Below the pieces are notes generated by a model. That model saw only the letters and a list, made by a program, of their open reading frames with translations. It did not search any database and had not been told where the DNA came from. Source: an uncultured Candidatus Rokubacteria bacterium (GTDB lineage: Bacteria; Methylomirabilota; Methylomirabilia; Rokubacteriales; CSP1-6). From it: 64,000 nt of DNA. Below, one piece after another: positions 10,231 to 20,470 of the stretch. Position numbers and translations under genes: made by a program. Location: assembly GCA_963771355.1 (NCBI GenBank), contig CAVYTA010000006.1, forward strand, positions 2,336,001 through 2,400,000. The letters run 5' to 3'. Position 1 is the stretch's first letter; every line of letters begins with the position of its first letter.

Positions 10231-13200
10231 ATGGACTGCCCGCGCTGTCGGACCGCGAATAGCGAGGGATCCCGATTCTGTGGGAACTGCGGCAGCTCAC
10301 TCACCGCGGTCTGCCCCTCCTGCGGCTCGTCGACCCTTCGCGGCGCCCGCTTCTGCGGAGAATGCGGAAAGCCGGCCCCCCCGGCGCACATTGCCGCCGG
10401 CCCGCCGCCGCACTTGGCCGCTCTGCTCCCACACTGGCGGACCTCCCTTGAGGGCGAGCGGAAGCTCGTCACGGTCATGTTCGCCGATATCAAGGGCTCG
10501 CTCGAGATGTTGAGCGCGCGCGACCCCGAGGAGGCGGTGGCGCTCCTCGATCCCGTCATCGGGCACATGAAGGCCGCCGTGCACCGCTACGAGGGAACGG
10601 TCAATCAAATCATGGGAGACGGCATCATGGCGCTGTTTGGCGCCCCCGCCGCCCACGAAGACCATGCGGCACGCGCCTGCTACGCCGCCCTGGCCATGCA
10701 GGAGAGTATCCGCGCCCTCGCCCGCGATCTTCAGCGCAACCGGGGCCCCTCAGTCGAGATCCGCGTCGGGCTGAACTCGGGAGTGGTGGTGATTCGCGCG
10801 ATCGACAACGATCTCCACATGGATCTCTCCGCGATCGGAGAGACGACCCACCTGGCCGCCCGGATGGAGGAGATGGCGCCTCCAGGCTCCATCTGGCTCA
10901 CGCGCGCCACCCTCACGCTGGCCGAGCCCCTGGTGGAGACGAAGCTTCTCGGGGCGCGGGCCGTGCGCGGGCGCCCCGCCCCGGTCGAGGTGTTCGAACT
11001 CGTCGGCGCCCGCGCCATGCGGCGCATCGAGGTGGCGGCGCTGCGCGGCCTCACTCGATTCGTGGGACGCGAGAGGGAGATGAACGAGCTCTCGCGCATC
11101 CACCAGCGGATGCTCGCAGGGCAGGGCCGCGTCACCGCCGTGGTCGGTGAACTCGGCATCGGCAAATCACGGCTGTTGCTCGAGTTCGTCCACGCCCCGA
11201 CGATATCCGGATGCCTCGTGTTCGAAACCGGCACTGTCTCCTACGGCCAGAGCACTCCGTACTTTTCCGTGCTGAAGCTGCTCCGGCAGCATCTCGTGCT
11301 GAAGGACGGTGAGCCGGTGGAAGCGGTCCGGGAAAAGATCACGAGCACCCTGTCCCACCTCGGCCTCGACCAGGCGGCGGCACCGCTCCAGGCTCTTCTC
11401 GGCGTTCTCCCCGAAGACAACGCCTTCGCCACGTACGATCCGCTGCGGAGGCGAGAGCTGACCCTGGAGGCCCTGCGATCCCTGGTGCTGCGACTGTGCG
11501 CGGTCGAGCCCGTGCTGCTCGTCGTCGAGGATCTTCAGTGGATCGACGCGGAGACCCAGGAGCTGCTCGACCGCCTCGTGCAGAGCATCCCCTCGTCCCG
11601 GCTCCATCTGCTCGTCAACTATCGGGGGGAGTATCACCACGACTGGGGTGGCATGAGCTGCTACAACCAGGTGCGGCTCGACCCGCTCTCACCCGAGGCC
11701 GTGGACACGCTGCTCGGCGTGATGCTCGGGGACGCTCCCGAGGTCGAGCCCGTCAAGCGTTTGCTCATCGAACGGACGGACGGCAACCCCTTCTTCCTCG
11801 AGGAGAGTGTCCGCGCCCTCGTCGACAGCGGCTCGCTGGTCGGCGAGCCGGGCCACTATCGGACCACCGGCGTGGTGGAGCCGCACGTTCCCGCCACGGT
11901 CGAGGGCGTCATCGCCTCCCGCCTCGACAAGCTCCCGCGGGCCCAAAAGCACCTACTGCAGTGCGCGTCGGTGATCGGGCGCGAGGTGCCGCTCGACCTC
12001 CTCGAGACACTGGCGAGACTGACGAAGACCGACCTTTCGACTGCCCTGCACCACCTCCAGGAAGCCGAGTTCCTGTTCGAGCGTGTCACCGCGCGGAGCC
12101 CGGAGTTCTCGTTCAAGCACTCGCTGACGCACGAGGTCGCGTACCGGTCCCTCCTGCACGAGCAGGCAAAGGTGCTGCACGGGGCGACGCTGGCGGCGAT
12201 CGAGCGGCTACACGCCGACGCCCTGCCCCTTCACCTGGATGCGCTCGTGCATCACGCGCTGGGCGGGGAGGTCTGGCCCAAGGCCATCGACTATCTGCGC
12301 CAGGCCGGCGCCGCGGCATTCGCGCGTGGCTCCGTCGCCGAGAGCCTGGCCCGCTACGAGCAGGCGTTGACGCTCCTGGAGCACCTCGACTCGAGCCGGG
12401 AGAACATCGGGCGCGCGATCGACGTCCGCCTGGACCTGCACGTCCCCCTGGTCGTCCTCGGACAAGTCGCCCGTCTCATCAATCTCCACGAGGAATCGGA
12501 GCGCCTGGCCCGCGATCTGGGCGATTCGCCGCGGCTGGCCCGGCTGCTCTACCGTATGAGCCAGTACGCCTGGATCCAGGGCCGCTTCAAGGACGGCCTC
12601 GAGCGCGCCGGGCAGGCGCTGGAGATCGCCACGAGCATCGACGACGCGGAAGTCCGGGTGCTCGCAACCTACGCGCTCGGGCTGAACCAGTGCCTGCTGG
12701 GCGCCCACCGAGAGGCCATCGCGCTTTTCGGGCGCGTGCTCGACGGTCCCGACACCCAGATCGCGCGCCGCGCGCTCGCGGTCACCGTGCCTGCGTACAT
12801 CGGGGCGGCGTGCTGGCTCGGCTACTCGCTGACGCTCGTGGGCGAGATCGATCGCGCCCTGGACAGCACCGATCGGGCGGCGCAGGCGGCCGACGAGAGC
12901 GACCATCCGCAGGCCCAGGCGATCGCGTACACCATGCGCGCGATCCCGATGCTCTACCAGGGGCGGACGGACACCGCGGTCGCGCTATGCGAGCGGGCGC
13001 TGGCGCTCTGCGAGTCGAAGGCGCTGCTCATCTGGCTGCCGGCGGCGGCGGGCACCCTCGGCTGGGCCCTCGCGCTGACCGGGCGCGGCGAGGAGGGCGC
13101 GGCGCACCTGGAGCGCGCGGTCTCGTCGATGGAGGCCACGGGCGTCAAGGGAAACCTCTCCCACATGTACATCTGGTGGGCGGACGCGCTCCTGAGCGCG

Positions 13201-13566
13201 GGACGCCTCGACGAGGCCGCGCGCGCCGCGGGGCAGGGTTTCGACCTGGCGCTACGCCAGGGGGAGCGAGCCCAGGAAGCCGATGCGCTCCACACGCAGG
13301 CCTGCATCTCCGCCGCGCGCGACGGGGGAGGCGTGCGCGCGGTCGAGTACTACCAGCGTGCCCTCGAGGTGGCCTCGCACCTCGACATGCTGCCGCTGGC
13401 CGGCCGTTGCCATCTGGGTCTCGGGCGTGTCTACGCGGCGGCCGGAGAGAAATCGCTGGCGCGGACGCACTTCGACCAAGCTACCGACTACTTCAGCCGC
13501 CTGGGCCTTCACTTCTGGCTGGCGGAAGCAGCGGCCGCTTCCGGCGGCCTGGACCTCGGGACGTAG
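10231..13566 (+). CDS. Double zinc ribbon + class III adenylate/guanylate cyclase + AAA ATPase + TPR protein
   Basis: CxxC pairs at the N-terminus; GERKLVTVMFADIKGS, MGDGIMALFGAP; Walker A GELGIGKS; LLVVEDLQWID; TDGNPFFLEE; helical repeats; GAGGAGG RBS. Confidence 0.92.
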   Translation: MDCPRCRTANSEGSRFCGNCGSSLTAVCPSCGSSTLRGARFCGECGKPAPPAHIAAGPPPHLAALLPHWRTSLEGERKLVTVMFADIKGSLEMLSARDPEEAVALLDPVIGHMKAAVHRYEGTVNQIMGDGIMALFGAPAAHEDHAARACYAALAMQESIRALARDLQRNRGPSVEIRVGLNSGVVVIRAIDNDLHMDLSAIGETTHLAARMEEMAPPGSIWLTRATLTLAEPLVETKLLGARAVRGRPAPVEVFELVGARAMRRIEVAALRGLTRFVGREREMNELSRIHQRMLAGQGRVTAVVGELGIGKSRLLLEFVHAPTISGCLVFETGTVSYGQSTPYFSVLKLLRQHLVLKDGEPVEAVREKITSTLSHLGLDQAAAPLQALLGVLPEDNAFATYDPLRRRELTLEALRSLVLRLCAVEPVLLVVEDLQWIDAETQELLDRLVQSIPSSRLHLLVNYRGEYHHDWGGMSCYNQVRLDPLSPEAVDTLLGVMLGDAPEVEPVKRLLIERTDGNPFFLEESVRALVDSGSLVGEPGHYRTTGVVEPHVPATVEGVIASRLDKLPRAQKHLLQCASVIGREVPLDLLETLARLTKTDLSTALHHLQEAEFLFERVTARSPEFSFKHSLTHEVAYRSLLHEQAKVLHGATLAAIERLHADALPLHLDALVHHALGGEVWPKAIDYLRQAGAAAFARGSVAESLARYEQALTLLEHLDSSRENIGRAIDVRLDLHVPLVVLGQVARLINLHEESERLARDLGDSPRLARLLYRMSQYAWIQGRFKDGLERAGQALEIATSIDDAEVRVLATYALGLNQCLLGAHREAIALFGRVLDGPDTQIARRALAVTVPAYIGAACWLGYSLTLVGEIDRALDSTDRAAQAADESDHPQAQAIAYTMRAIPMLYQGRTDTAVALCERALALCESKALLIWLPAAAGTLGWALALTGRGEEGAAHLERAVSSMEATGVKGNLSHMYIWWADALLSAGRLDEAARAAGQGFDLALRQGERAQEADALHTQACISAARDGGGVRAVEYYQRALEVASHLDMLPLAGRCHLGLGRVYAAAGEKSLARTHFDQATDYFSRLGLHFWLAEAAAASGGLDLGT

Positions 13567-14021
13567 TCCGAGTCGCCCGTCACGCGATGCACGCGAATCA
13601 GCCGCTGCTCCTTCTGCTCCTTCACGCGGTAGTACTTGTACGGCGTCGGCCAGACGAAGACGAGGAACAGGACCGCGCCCACCACCACCATGCCGAGGGC
13701 CCAGCCCACGCCGCGGGGATTGGAGAGCGTCAAGGCGACACCGACGAGCCCCAGCGCAATGCCGCCGCCCACGCTCAGATAGACGAGACCCAGAAGAATC
13801 CGCTGGTTGATGAAGGGGCTGGGGCACGGCGAGTCGACCGAACAGGGCGTCACCAGCCGCAGGTAACCCTGGGCCGCGATCCCGCCGAAGAAGAGAAGGA
13901 AGATGCCGATTCCCCCCCAGATGAGGAGCGCGCGCAGCCACTTGATGTCGAGCCAGCCCTTGGGCTTGGCCTTGCCCCCGTCCTTGCCCTCGTCTTTGCA
14001 GTCTTGCTCGGGCTCCGCCAT
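13509..14021 (-). CDS. Hypothetical membrane protein (about 3 TM helices)
   Basis: GGAGG RBS before MAEPEQ; three hydrophobic segments; GC3-rich codons; overlaps the cyclase 3' end by 58 nt. Confidence 0.65.
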   Translation of the reverse strand: MAEPEQDCKDEGKDGGKAKPKGWLDIKWLRALLIWGGIGIFLLFFGGIAAQGYLRLVTPCSVDSPCPSPFINQRILLGLVYLSVGGGIALGLVGVALTLSNPRGVGWALGMVVVGAVLFLVFVWPTPYKYYRVKEQKEQRLIRVHRVTGDSDYVPRSRPPEAAAASASQK

Positions 14022-14096
14022 CTTGCCCTCCTTGGCTCCAAGCAACCACGGTCGGTCAGGGCACGTGGAGTCTAGGTCCGCCCTTCGGCACTGTCA

Positions 14097-15746
14097 ATGA
14101 GCGACGACATCCCCCTGAGCGAGCTGCCGAAGCGAAAGATGGTGGGCTGGTTCGACCCCAGCCTGTTCCTCTCGACCGGCGTCGAGGTGCTGATCTCGCG
14201 CGCCCTGGGCCAGCGCTTCGACTATCGGATGATGGAGGACGTCGGCCTTCCGCAGGAGGTCTTTGACTATTCCCAGCCCCCCCTCAACGACACCCCGACG
14301 GAGCTCTGGTTCGACTACATGGCCGACACGGGCGACGGCTGGGAATCCTCTTATGCCATGGCGTGTCTGGTGGCCCAGCCGTGGGTGGATCTGGGCACCC
14401 GCCGGCTCCCGCACGGCGCCTTCCTCCTGCTCGGCGGTGATGAGGTGTATCCGTCCGCCAGCAAGCAGGAGTATCGCGACCGGCTCGTCGGCCCGCTCGC
14501 GGCCGCCTTGCCCGCGGGGAGCGTGCCCTGGCGCAATGTCTACGCGATTCCGGGCAACCACGACTGGTACGACGGGCTCATCAGCTTCTCGCGCCTGTTC
14601 ACCCAGGGCCGCACGCTCGGCGCCTGGCAAACCCAGCAGACGCGCAGCTACTTCGCGCTCCAGCTGCCCCACCACTGGTGGCTCTGGGCCGTCGACGTGC
14701 AGCTCGAGTCCGACATCGACGTCGGCCAGCTCAACTACTTCGACTGGGTCGCGAAAGACTACGTCAAGGAAGGCGACGGGATCATCCTCGCCAGCGCGGA
14801 GCCGGACTGGCTCTACCACGACATCAAGAACCCGACACTCGAGAGTAACCTGGCGCGCCTCAAGGAAAAGATCATCGACCCGAAGGGCGCGGACGTGTTC
14901 GTCTGGCTGTCCGGCGATCTTCACAACTATCGTCGGCACGAAAACGCGCGGGATTCGCGGTATCAGCGGATCACGAGCGGCGGCGGCGGCGGCTACCTCT
15001 CGGCCACCCACGAGCCGGCCACGGGCGGGCCCGCGAGCGAGCTCAAGCGCGTGGTGCGCGTAGGCGGGGAGACGTTCCATCAGCAGTTCATGTACCCGAG
15101 CCCGGCGACCTCCCTGCGCCTGAGCTTTCTCAATCTGCTCTTCCTCCTGAAGAACTGGCGCTTCGGCATGCTGACCGGGCTGGCCTACATGACCCTGACC
15201 TGGGGCCAGCTCGAGGGCACGGTGTTCCAGGCGGCGCAGCTGGCCGTGCAGCGCTATCCCGCGCGCCTCGTGTGGCTGCTCCTCGTGCTGGCCGCGTTCA
15301 TCTTCTATGCCGACCGCCGCGTGCCCACGTTTCGCTGGCTGGGCGGCGGCACTCACGGTGTCGTGCACATTCTTTGCGCCTTTGCGATCGCCGGCGAGGC
15401 CGCCAAGGCGCTCGGCGGCCCCGGGGTGGCGCTCGCGCTCGCGCGGCTCGGCGTGAACTTCATCGGGGGTGCGGTGGTCGGCTCCATCGTGATGGGGATC
15501 TATCTCCTGCTCGCGGCCAATCTCTTCGCCGCGCACACCGACCACGCCTTCGCGGCACTGCGTATCAAGCACTTCAAGCACTTCCTCCGCTTTCACATCC
15601 GGGCCGACGGGGTCCTCGAGATCTTCCCGATCGGGGTGCCCACCATCCCCCGAGAGGACGAGGCCGCCTCGCAGTACTTCCTCATCGAAGGGCCGGTCAC
15701 CGTCGACCGCGCCGCCGCGGGCCCGCCTCCAGCTCCTCGAGGATGA
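14097..15746 (+). CDS. Calcineurin-like metallophosphoesterase with C-terminal membrane domain
   Basis: ADTGDG, GGDEVYP, IPGNHDWYDG, SGDLHNY, SGGGGGYL; 4-5 hydrophobic segments near the C-terminus. Confidence 0.85.
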   Translation: MSDDIPLSELPKRKMVGWFDPSLFLSTGVEVLISRALGQRFDYRMMEDVGLPQEVFDYSQPPLNDTPTELWFDYMADTGDGWESSYAMACLVAQPWVDLGTRRLPHGAFLLLGGDEVYPSASKQEYRDRLVGPLAAALPAGSVPWRNVYAIPGNHDWYDGLISFSRLFTQGRTLGAWQTQQTRSYFALQLPHHWWLWAVDVQLESDIDVGQLNYFDWVAKDYVKEGDGIILASAEPDWLYHDIKNPTLESNLARLKEKIIDPKGADVFVWLSGDLHNYRRHENARDSRYQRITSGGGGGYLSATHEPATGGPASELKRVVRVGGETFHQQFMYPSPATSLRLSFLNLLFLLKNWRFGMLTGLAYMTLTWGQLEGTVFQAAQLAVQRYPARLVWLLLVLAAFIFYADRRVPTFRWLGGGTHGVVHILCAFAIAGEAAKALGGPGVALALARLGVNFIGGAVVGSIVMGIYLLLAANLFAAHTDHAFAALRIKHFKHFLRFHIRADGVLEIFPIGVPTIPREDEAASQYFLIEGPVTVDRAAAGPPPAPRG

Positions 15747-18700
15747 TCGGGAAGACGTCGATGGCGGCCCGCTTGCCGATGAAGCAGTCCATGTGGCCGT
15801 AGCTCTCGATCGGGCGCCAGCTGTACCACTCCTCCCCATTCTTGTCGCAGAGCAGCTTGTACGTCTTGCGCGTGGCCCGGGGGAGAAATTCGCGATTCGC
15901 CCGTCCATGGATGAAGGAGATCGGGAGGGCGAGCCGCTCGAGATGGGGCATGTACGCGTTCACGCCGTCCTTGTCGACGACGTGCTTGCTGCGCAGGATC
16001 AGCGCCAGGTGCGCGAGCGCGGGGACGCTCGTCGTGCCGAACCACTCGTGCATCGCGTCGTGCGTGGCGGTGTTGAGCTTGGAGTGCCGGAACGACTCGC
16101 CGAATAGGAGGAGGATGCGGCGGCAGGTCGGGTTGTTGCACCGCTCGCGGACGGGATAGAGGGTGAGCAGCTGGTTCCAGAGCCGGTGTGACAGCGAATA
16201 CGGGTCGTACTGCGCGGTGATGCTCTTGACCCGGAATCGGCGAAGGACGGAGGCGACGTACACCGCCGCCTTGAACTCTGCGAACTTCGGCGCGATCGGA
16301 TGCAGGCCGAGCTGCGAACAGACGACCGAGCGCAGCTGCTCGTGCAGCTTGCCGGCAAGCAGGGACATGAGCAGCGCCATCGAGCCCACGCAGTGCGCAA
16401 CGATCTGGATCTTCGGGCTCGGTGATCTATCCAGGATGGCTTGGACGGCGGCCGGATAGTCGCGCACGGCGATGTCGTCGATGCTGAAATCGGTCCCGGC
16501 GGCGGCGAATCCGGAGCTCGCGCGGTAGTCGAGGAGCCAGACGTCGTACTCGGCGCGGACGAGGTGCTCGACCAGATTCTCGTCCACGGTGTCCGCGGCG
16601 AACGAGCTCGCGCGCACGCTGAAGCCCGGGGAGAGGAGCACGGGCCCGCGGTTTCCCCCCTGATAGCGGGTGAGGTGGATCACCGTCCCGTCACTCGTCG
16701 TCACCGGAATCACGGACGGGCTCGGCTGGATGTGCCGCCGCGGCCGCGGCGGCGCGTCGAGCGTGGACACCACCGACCTCGAGAGCCGCCGGCCGTAGAG
16801 GACGCGGAGCATGCCCATGAAGAACCCCAGAAAGCGGACGTGGACGTCGAGCCGCTCGCCCAGCCCCTGGGCATGGCGCGCGCGCATCGTCCGGAGCTGC
16901 CGGAGCAAGTCACTCATGGACAGGCGCAGCACGCCCCGGCCGTGGCGCGAGCCGTCCGCCGAGGCGACCGTGACGTACAGCGTCGACAGCTCAGGCCACA
17001 GTCTGCCGCGTCGCCGGTTCTGCGCGATCTTGTCCCCCTCGATGAAGTACGTCGCTCGCCCTCCGGCGGCGTCGGGCGCGGTCTCCACGCGCATCCGATA
17101 GCGCAGCAGGCGCGTCTCCACGCGCTCGGGCTCCAGGAGGAACAGATGGAATACACCGTCGCGCACCTGCAGCGGCTGGTCCGAGAGCACGGGCGCGTAG
17201 ATGGTGCCCACGATCCGCCCCGCGTGCTCGCGGTCTGAGACCATCGCCTCGACGTCCTCGGTCGCGATCATGAGATCCATCGTGAGCTTGTGTCTCTTGG
17301 CGGGCTTGCGCAGAGCGGCCCGCCATGGCCCCGAGCCGTCCACCGGCCGGGCGGGGGGCCACGTGGGACCCTCCTTCACCCAGGCGAAGGCACCGCACAT
17401 GCGCTCGGCGAACTCGAGGCCCGGCTTCGCCCGCTCGTAGAACATGGGCTTGAATGTGGGAACGGCCTGCGCCTCCAGCGCGGGCCCCGGCGTCTCGACG
17501 TACTCCTGGCCGAGGATGCGCTCGCAGGTGCGCTCGGCGAGCGCCGAGATCGTCAGGAGCGGGTTCGCGCCGAGCGGCCGCGGGATGATGGAGCCGTCGC
17601 ACACGAAGAGGTTGGGGTGGAATCCCCCGCCGGGGGCGCCATCGAACACCCGGCCCTCATGGTTCACCACGCCGGTCGCCGCGCTGTCCCCCATGCAGCA
17701 GCCCCCGAGCGGGTGCACGGTGATGGGCCGGAAGGGGTTGTTGATGTGCGTGGCCTGCAGCCCGTGGCTCACCTGCGCCAGCTTCTTGTGAATGCGGTCG
17801 AGAGCCGCTTGCGACGCCTCGGACTCGAGGCTCGGCCATTCCACGCGCAGGCGATCGTCGACCAGGCACAGCCGGCCGCCGGCGTCGTCGTGCGCCATGG
17901 CCAGCAAGGTCTGCGTCCGGCGCACTGCCCCGTGGTACGCGCCCGCGAGATAGCGCGACCAGCGCGTCACCTGCTGGAAGACGGTGCGGCCCTCCGGAGC
18001 GGCCGCGGGCCGACCCCACAGCATGCTGGCCGCGCCGAGGAGGACCGGGAGCACCCCGCTGATCGCCCCGGGGATCGACCCCTCCTCGAGGATGATCTGC
18101 TCCTCGAGCGGGCCATCGCGAAGGTCGATCAGACCGGTGATGCACGGCCCGACCTGGTGATGGAGATCCGGCCGGCGGTAGCCGGAGCCCACGCCGTCGA
18201 TCGGCTCGGTGCCGTTGTAGGACAGCGCGAAGACGTCGCCGTTGCCGGTGAATCGTTGCCCGAGACGGTCCGAGAACCGCAGCGTCTTGCTCTGCGAGCG
18301 AAGCAGGATCTCGGTAGAGCCCAGGGTGCCCGCGGCCAGCACGACGGCCCCCGCGCGCACGGACAGCGGCGGCGCGCCGAACGCCTGACGGCCCGAGCCG
18401 GTGAGGTCGAACAGCACGACCCACTCCGGGCCCTCGCGCTTCACCGACCGGACGCTCACCTCGGTGAACATCTCCGCGCCGTGGCGCTTGGCTTCGGGGA
18501 GATAGTTCATCAGCACGGTGTTCTTCGCGCCGTAGTTGCACCCCGAGACACAATCGCCGCAGAGCTGGCACGCGCGCTGGTGGACGCCGAACTTGTTGAC
18601 GCCCTCCTTGAACGACACGTTGATCTTGGGCCGATTGAAGCCGCGCTTCCCGCCCAGCGCCGCGGTGGCCCGCTCCAGCGCCAGCTGCTTGGCCAGCGAA

Positions 18701-19167
18701 GGAAAGCCCGGGGGCGGATACTCGGTCGAGCCCAGCATCCCGCGGGCCCGCTCGAAGTACCGCGCGAGATCGTTATTCGCCAACGCCTCATGAATCTCCG
18801 GGGGCCACTCCTTCGCCTCGAACACCGCCTTCTCCGGCTCCAGCGCCACGTTGGCATTGATCAGCGAGGTGCCGCCGAGCCCGCAGCCCACGAGGACGTT
18901 CATCTCGCGGTTCAGGCGGAAGTCGAACAGCGCGGTCGGCGAGAAGTAGTGGCGGCCGGGCAGGTCAACCTGGATCTCGGTCGCGGCCTTGGCGGCGGTG
19001 TCCGGATACTCACCCGGCCGGATCTCACGCCCCCGCTCGAGGACACAGACGCGCCACCCCGCCTCGGCAAGTCGGCAGGCCGCTATTGCGCCGCCGTAGC
19101 CGGAGCCCACGACGACCACGTCGTAGCGGTTCTTCATGTCCGCCACGCTGGACGAAAGGCGCGCCAT
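15697..19167 (-). CDS. GMC oxidoreductase (cholesterol oxidase-like) fused to an alpha/beta hydrolase domain
   Basis: VVVGSGYGG FAD motif, GCGLGGTSLINANV, CQLCGDCVSGC, TVHPLGGC, GANPLLTISALAER; C-terminal domain with DVWLLDYR, AHCVGS, YGHMDCFIG. Confidence 0.9.
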   Translation of the reverse strand: MARLSSSVADMKNRYDVVVVGSGYGGAIAACRLAEAGWRVCVLERGREIRPGEYPDTAAKAATEIQVDLPGRHYFSPTALFDFRLNREMNVLVGCGLGGTSLINANVALEPEKAVFEAKEWPPEIHEALANNDLARYFERARGMLGSTEYPPPGFPSLAKQLALERATAALGGKRGFNRPKINVSFKEGVNKFGVHQRACQLCGDCVSGCNYGAKNTVLMNYLPEAKRHGAEMFTEVSVRSVKREGPEWVVLFDLTGSGRQAFGAPPLSVRAGAVVLAAGTLGSTEILLRSQSKTLRFSDRLGQRFTGNGDVFALSYNGTEPIDGVGSGYRRPDLHHQVGPCITGLIDLRDGPLEEQIILEEGSIPGAISGVLPVLLGAASMLWGRPAAAPEGRTVFQQVTRWSRYLAGAYHGAVRRTQTLLAMAHDDAGGRLCLVDDRLRVEWPSLESEASQAALDRIHKKLAQVSHGLQATHINNPFRPITVHPLGGCCMGDSAATGVVNHEGRVFDGAPGGGFHPNLFVCDGSIIPRPLGANPLLTISALAERTCERILGQEYVETPGPALEAQAVPTFKPMFYERAKPGLEFAERMCGAFAWVKEGPTWPPARPVDGSGPWRAALRKPAKRHKLTMDLMIATEDVEAMVSDREHAGRIVGTIYAPVLSDQPLQVRDGVFHLFLLEPERVETRLLRYRMRVETAPDAAGGRATYFIEGDKIAQNRRRGRLWPELSTLYVTVASADGSRHGRGVLRLSMSDLLRQLRTMRARHAQGLGERLDVHVRFLGFFMGMLRVLYGRRLSRSVVSTLDAPPRPRRHIQPSPSVIPVTTSDGTVIHLTRYQGGNRGPVLLSPGFSVRASSFAADTVDENLVEHLVRAEYDVWLLDYRASSGFAAAGTDFSIDDIAVRDYPAAVQAILDRSPSPKIQIVAHCVGSMALLMSLLAGKLHEQLRSVVCSQLGLHPIAPKFAEFKAAVYVASVLRRFRVKSITAQYDPYSLSHRLWNQLLTLYPVRERCNNPTCRRILLLFGESFRHSKLNTATHDAMHEWFGTTSVPALAHLALILRSKHVVDKDGVNAYMPHLERLALPISFIHGRANREFLPRATRKTYKLLCDKNGEEWYSWRPIESYGHMDCFIGKRAAIDVFPIILEELEAGPRRRGRR

Positions 19168-19333
19168 GTGTGCGGGACCGTTCTCGAATTCGCGGATTCA
19201 GCTGCGCCAGAAGTCTAGGCGCACCCTCCGCGCCAGTCAATGGCTCGTCGACCTTGGGTTGACGGCGGCGGTGTGTCTCGCATAGCATTGCCCCTCACCC
19301 GGGGCGGCTCTTCCGACCCGAGAGGAGGCCGTC

Positions 19334-19885
19334 ATGAGCGCTGTGCCATCGGGCTTCTGGGGCGGCTGGCGACGCTCCGAGTCGATTCAACCTCGTCTCC
19401 TACGGCGACCGCTTCCTGAGCAAGCCCCGGCGATCATGGGACCGACTCGCAATCGTGAAGCATCTGGCGGTCCGGGCACAGTCGCTCGGGCCGCCGTGGT
19501 ACTCCTCGCCGCGGTGCTCCTCGGGGCCTGCGCTTCCTCGCCACCGCCGGCTCCGGCCACACCGGTGCCGATTACCGACTACAAGATGGTGGCCGGCAAG
19601 TGGGCGGGCCACGTCAAGGGGCTCGCCGGACCACGCGACGACGGAGACTGGATCGAGATGACCATCGGCGACAAGGGGGCGTACGAGTTCGGGATCGCCC
19701 GCACCATCGGAGTGCTCGCCGGGAAAGGGAACTTCACGCTCGCGGACGGGAAGCTCACCATGAAGGGAGAGCGAGGGCAGGCTACCTTCGCGCTCTTTCA
19801 GCGCGAGGGCGTCCGGTTCCTCCGCGGCACCGGCATGCTGCACACCGGCACCGCGCTGTCCGGAGATCTGACGTCAGTCCGCTAA
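19334..19885 (+). CDS. Putative lipoprotein
   Basis: Hydrophobic stretch ending in the lipobox LLGAC; beta-rich mature domain (VAGKWAG...); start uncertain (19334 has a GAGGAGG RBS; 19436 is an alternative). Confidence 0.65.
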   Translation: MSAVPSGFWGGWRRSESIQPRLLRRPLPEQAPAIMGPTRNREASGGPGTVARAAVVLLAAVLLGACASSPPPAPATPVPITDYKMVAGKWAGHVKGLAGPRDDGDWIEMTIGDKGAYEFGIARTIGVLAGKGNFTLADGKLTMKGERGQATFALFQREGVRFLRGTGMLHTGTALSGDLTSVR

Positions 19886-19934
19886 GCGCCCAAAGACCCG
19901 AGGTGAAGAACGGTTTTCGGGGGCCCGCCGTGTC

Positions 19935-20095
19935 GGGGAGTACACCCTCACCCTCGACCGCTTCGTCCCCGTGGCGGACCTGAAGGTACGCGGTCTCGCC
20001 ATGCGGTATCGTCGCGCCGGGCTCGGCGCGCCCCTGGCCGCGTCGGTGAAGCCGCCGGAGCAGTCGCCTCGGGTCTCCAAGGTGACCGCCACCGG
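19935..20095 (+). pseudogene. Possible internal fragment of an alpha/beta hydrolase gene
   Basis: Reads GEYTLTLDRFVPVADLKVRGLAMRYRRAGLGAPLAAS, resembling a recalled motif in uncharacterised esterase-like proteins; no start or full ORF. Confidence 0.35.
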
Positions 20096-20134
20096 AGAGG
20101 TCTTCAACCTCAAGACCTATCGGGTTTCTCGGGC

Positions 20135-20430
20135 AACGAAGACCGCTGGTCCTCGCGGGGCGATGCCGACCCCGGTATCGCTGACCGAAACCGCGCCCGA
20201 CCCGTCTGTCTGCATCGCCTGAACGTCGGACCGGCCGCCGGCCGGCTCTACTGGTTTGATCTTTCGTTTGTCCCCTCGAATCCCGTGTACTCGCTCGGCC
20301 ACGTCGGCATTGAGGACGACCCCTGCGGTCCACCCCGCTCGCGCATCAGGGTGACCCCGTCATCTATCGCCTGCGCCAGGTCGAAGGTCGTCACCTCCAG
20401 CTCCATGCGGCCCGCCTCGATCTCGCGGCG
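20135..20430 (-). pseudogene. Histidine kinase (HisKA/HATPase) fragment, degraded
   Basis: EIEAGRMELEVTTFDL, GDKRKIK and VSVSDTGVGIAP in different frames. Confidence 0.7.
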
Positions 20431-20470
20431 GCCAAGCTCGCGCGCCATCAGTGGTTACTCCGACACGCTC

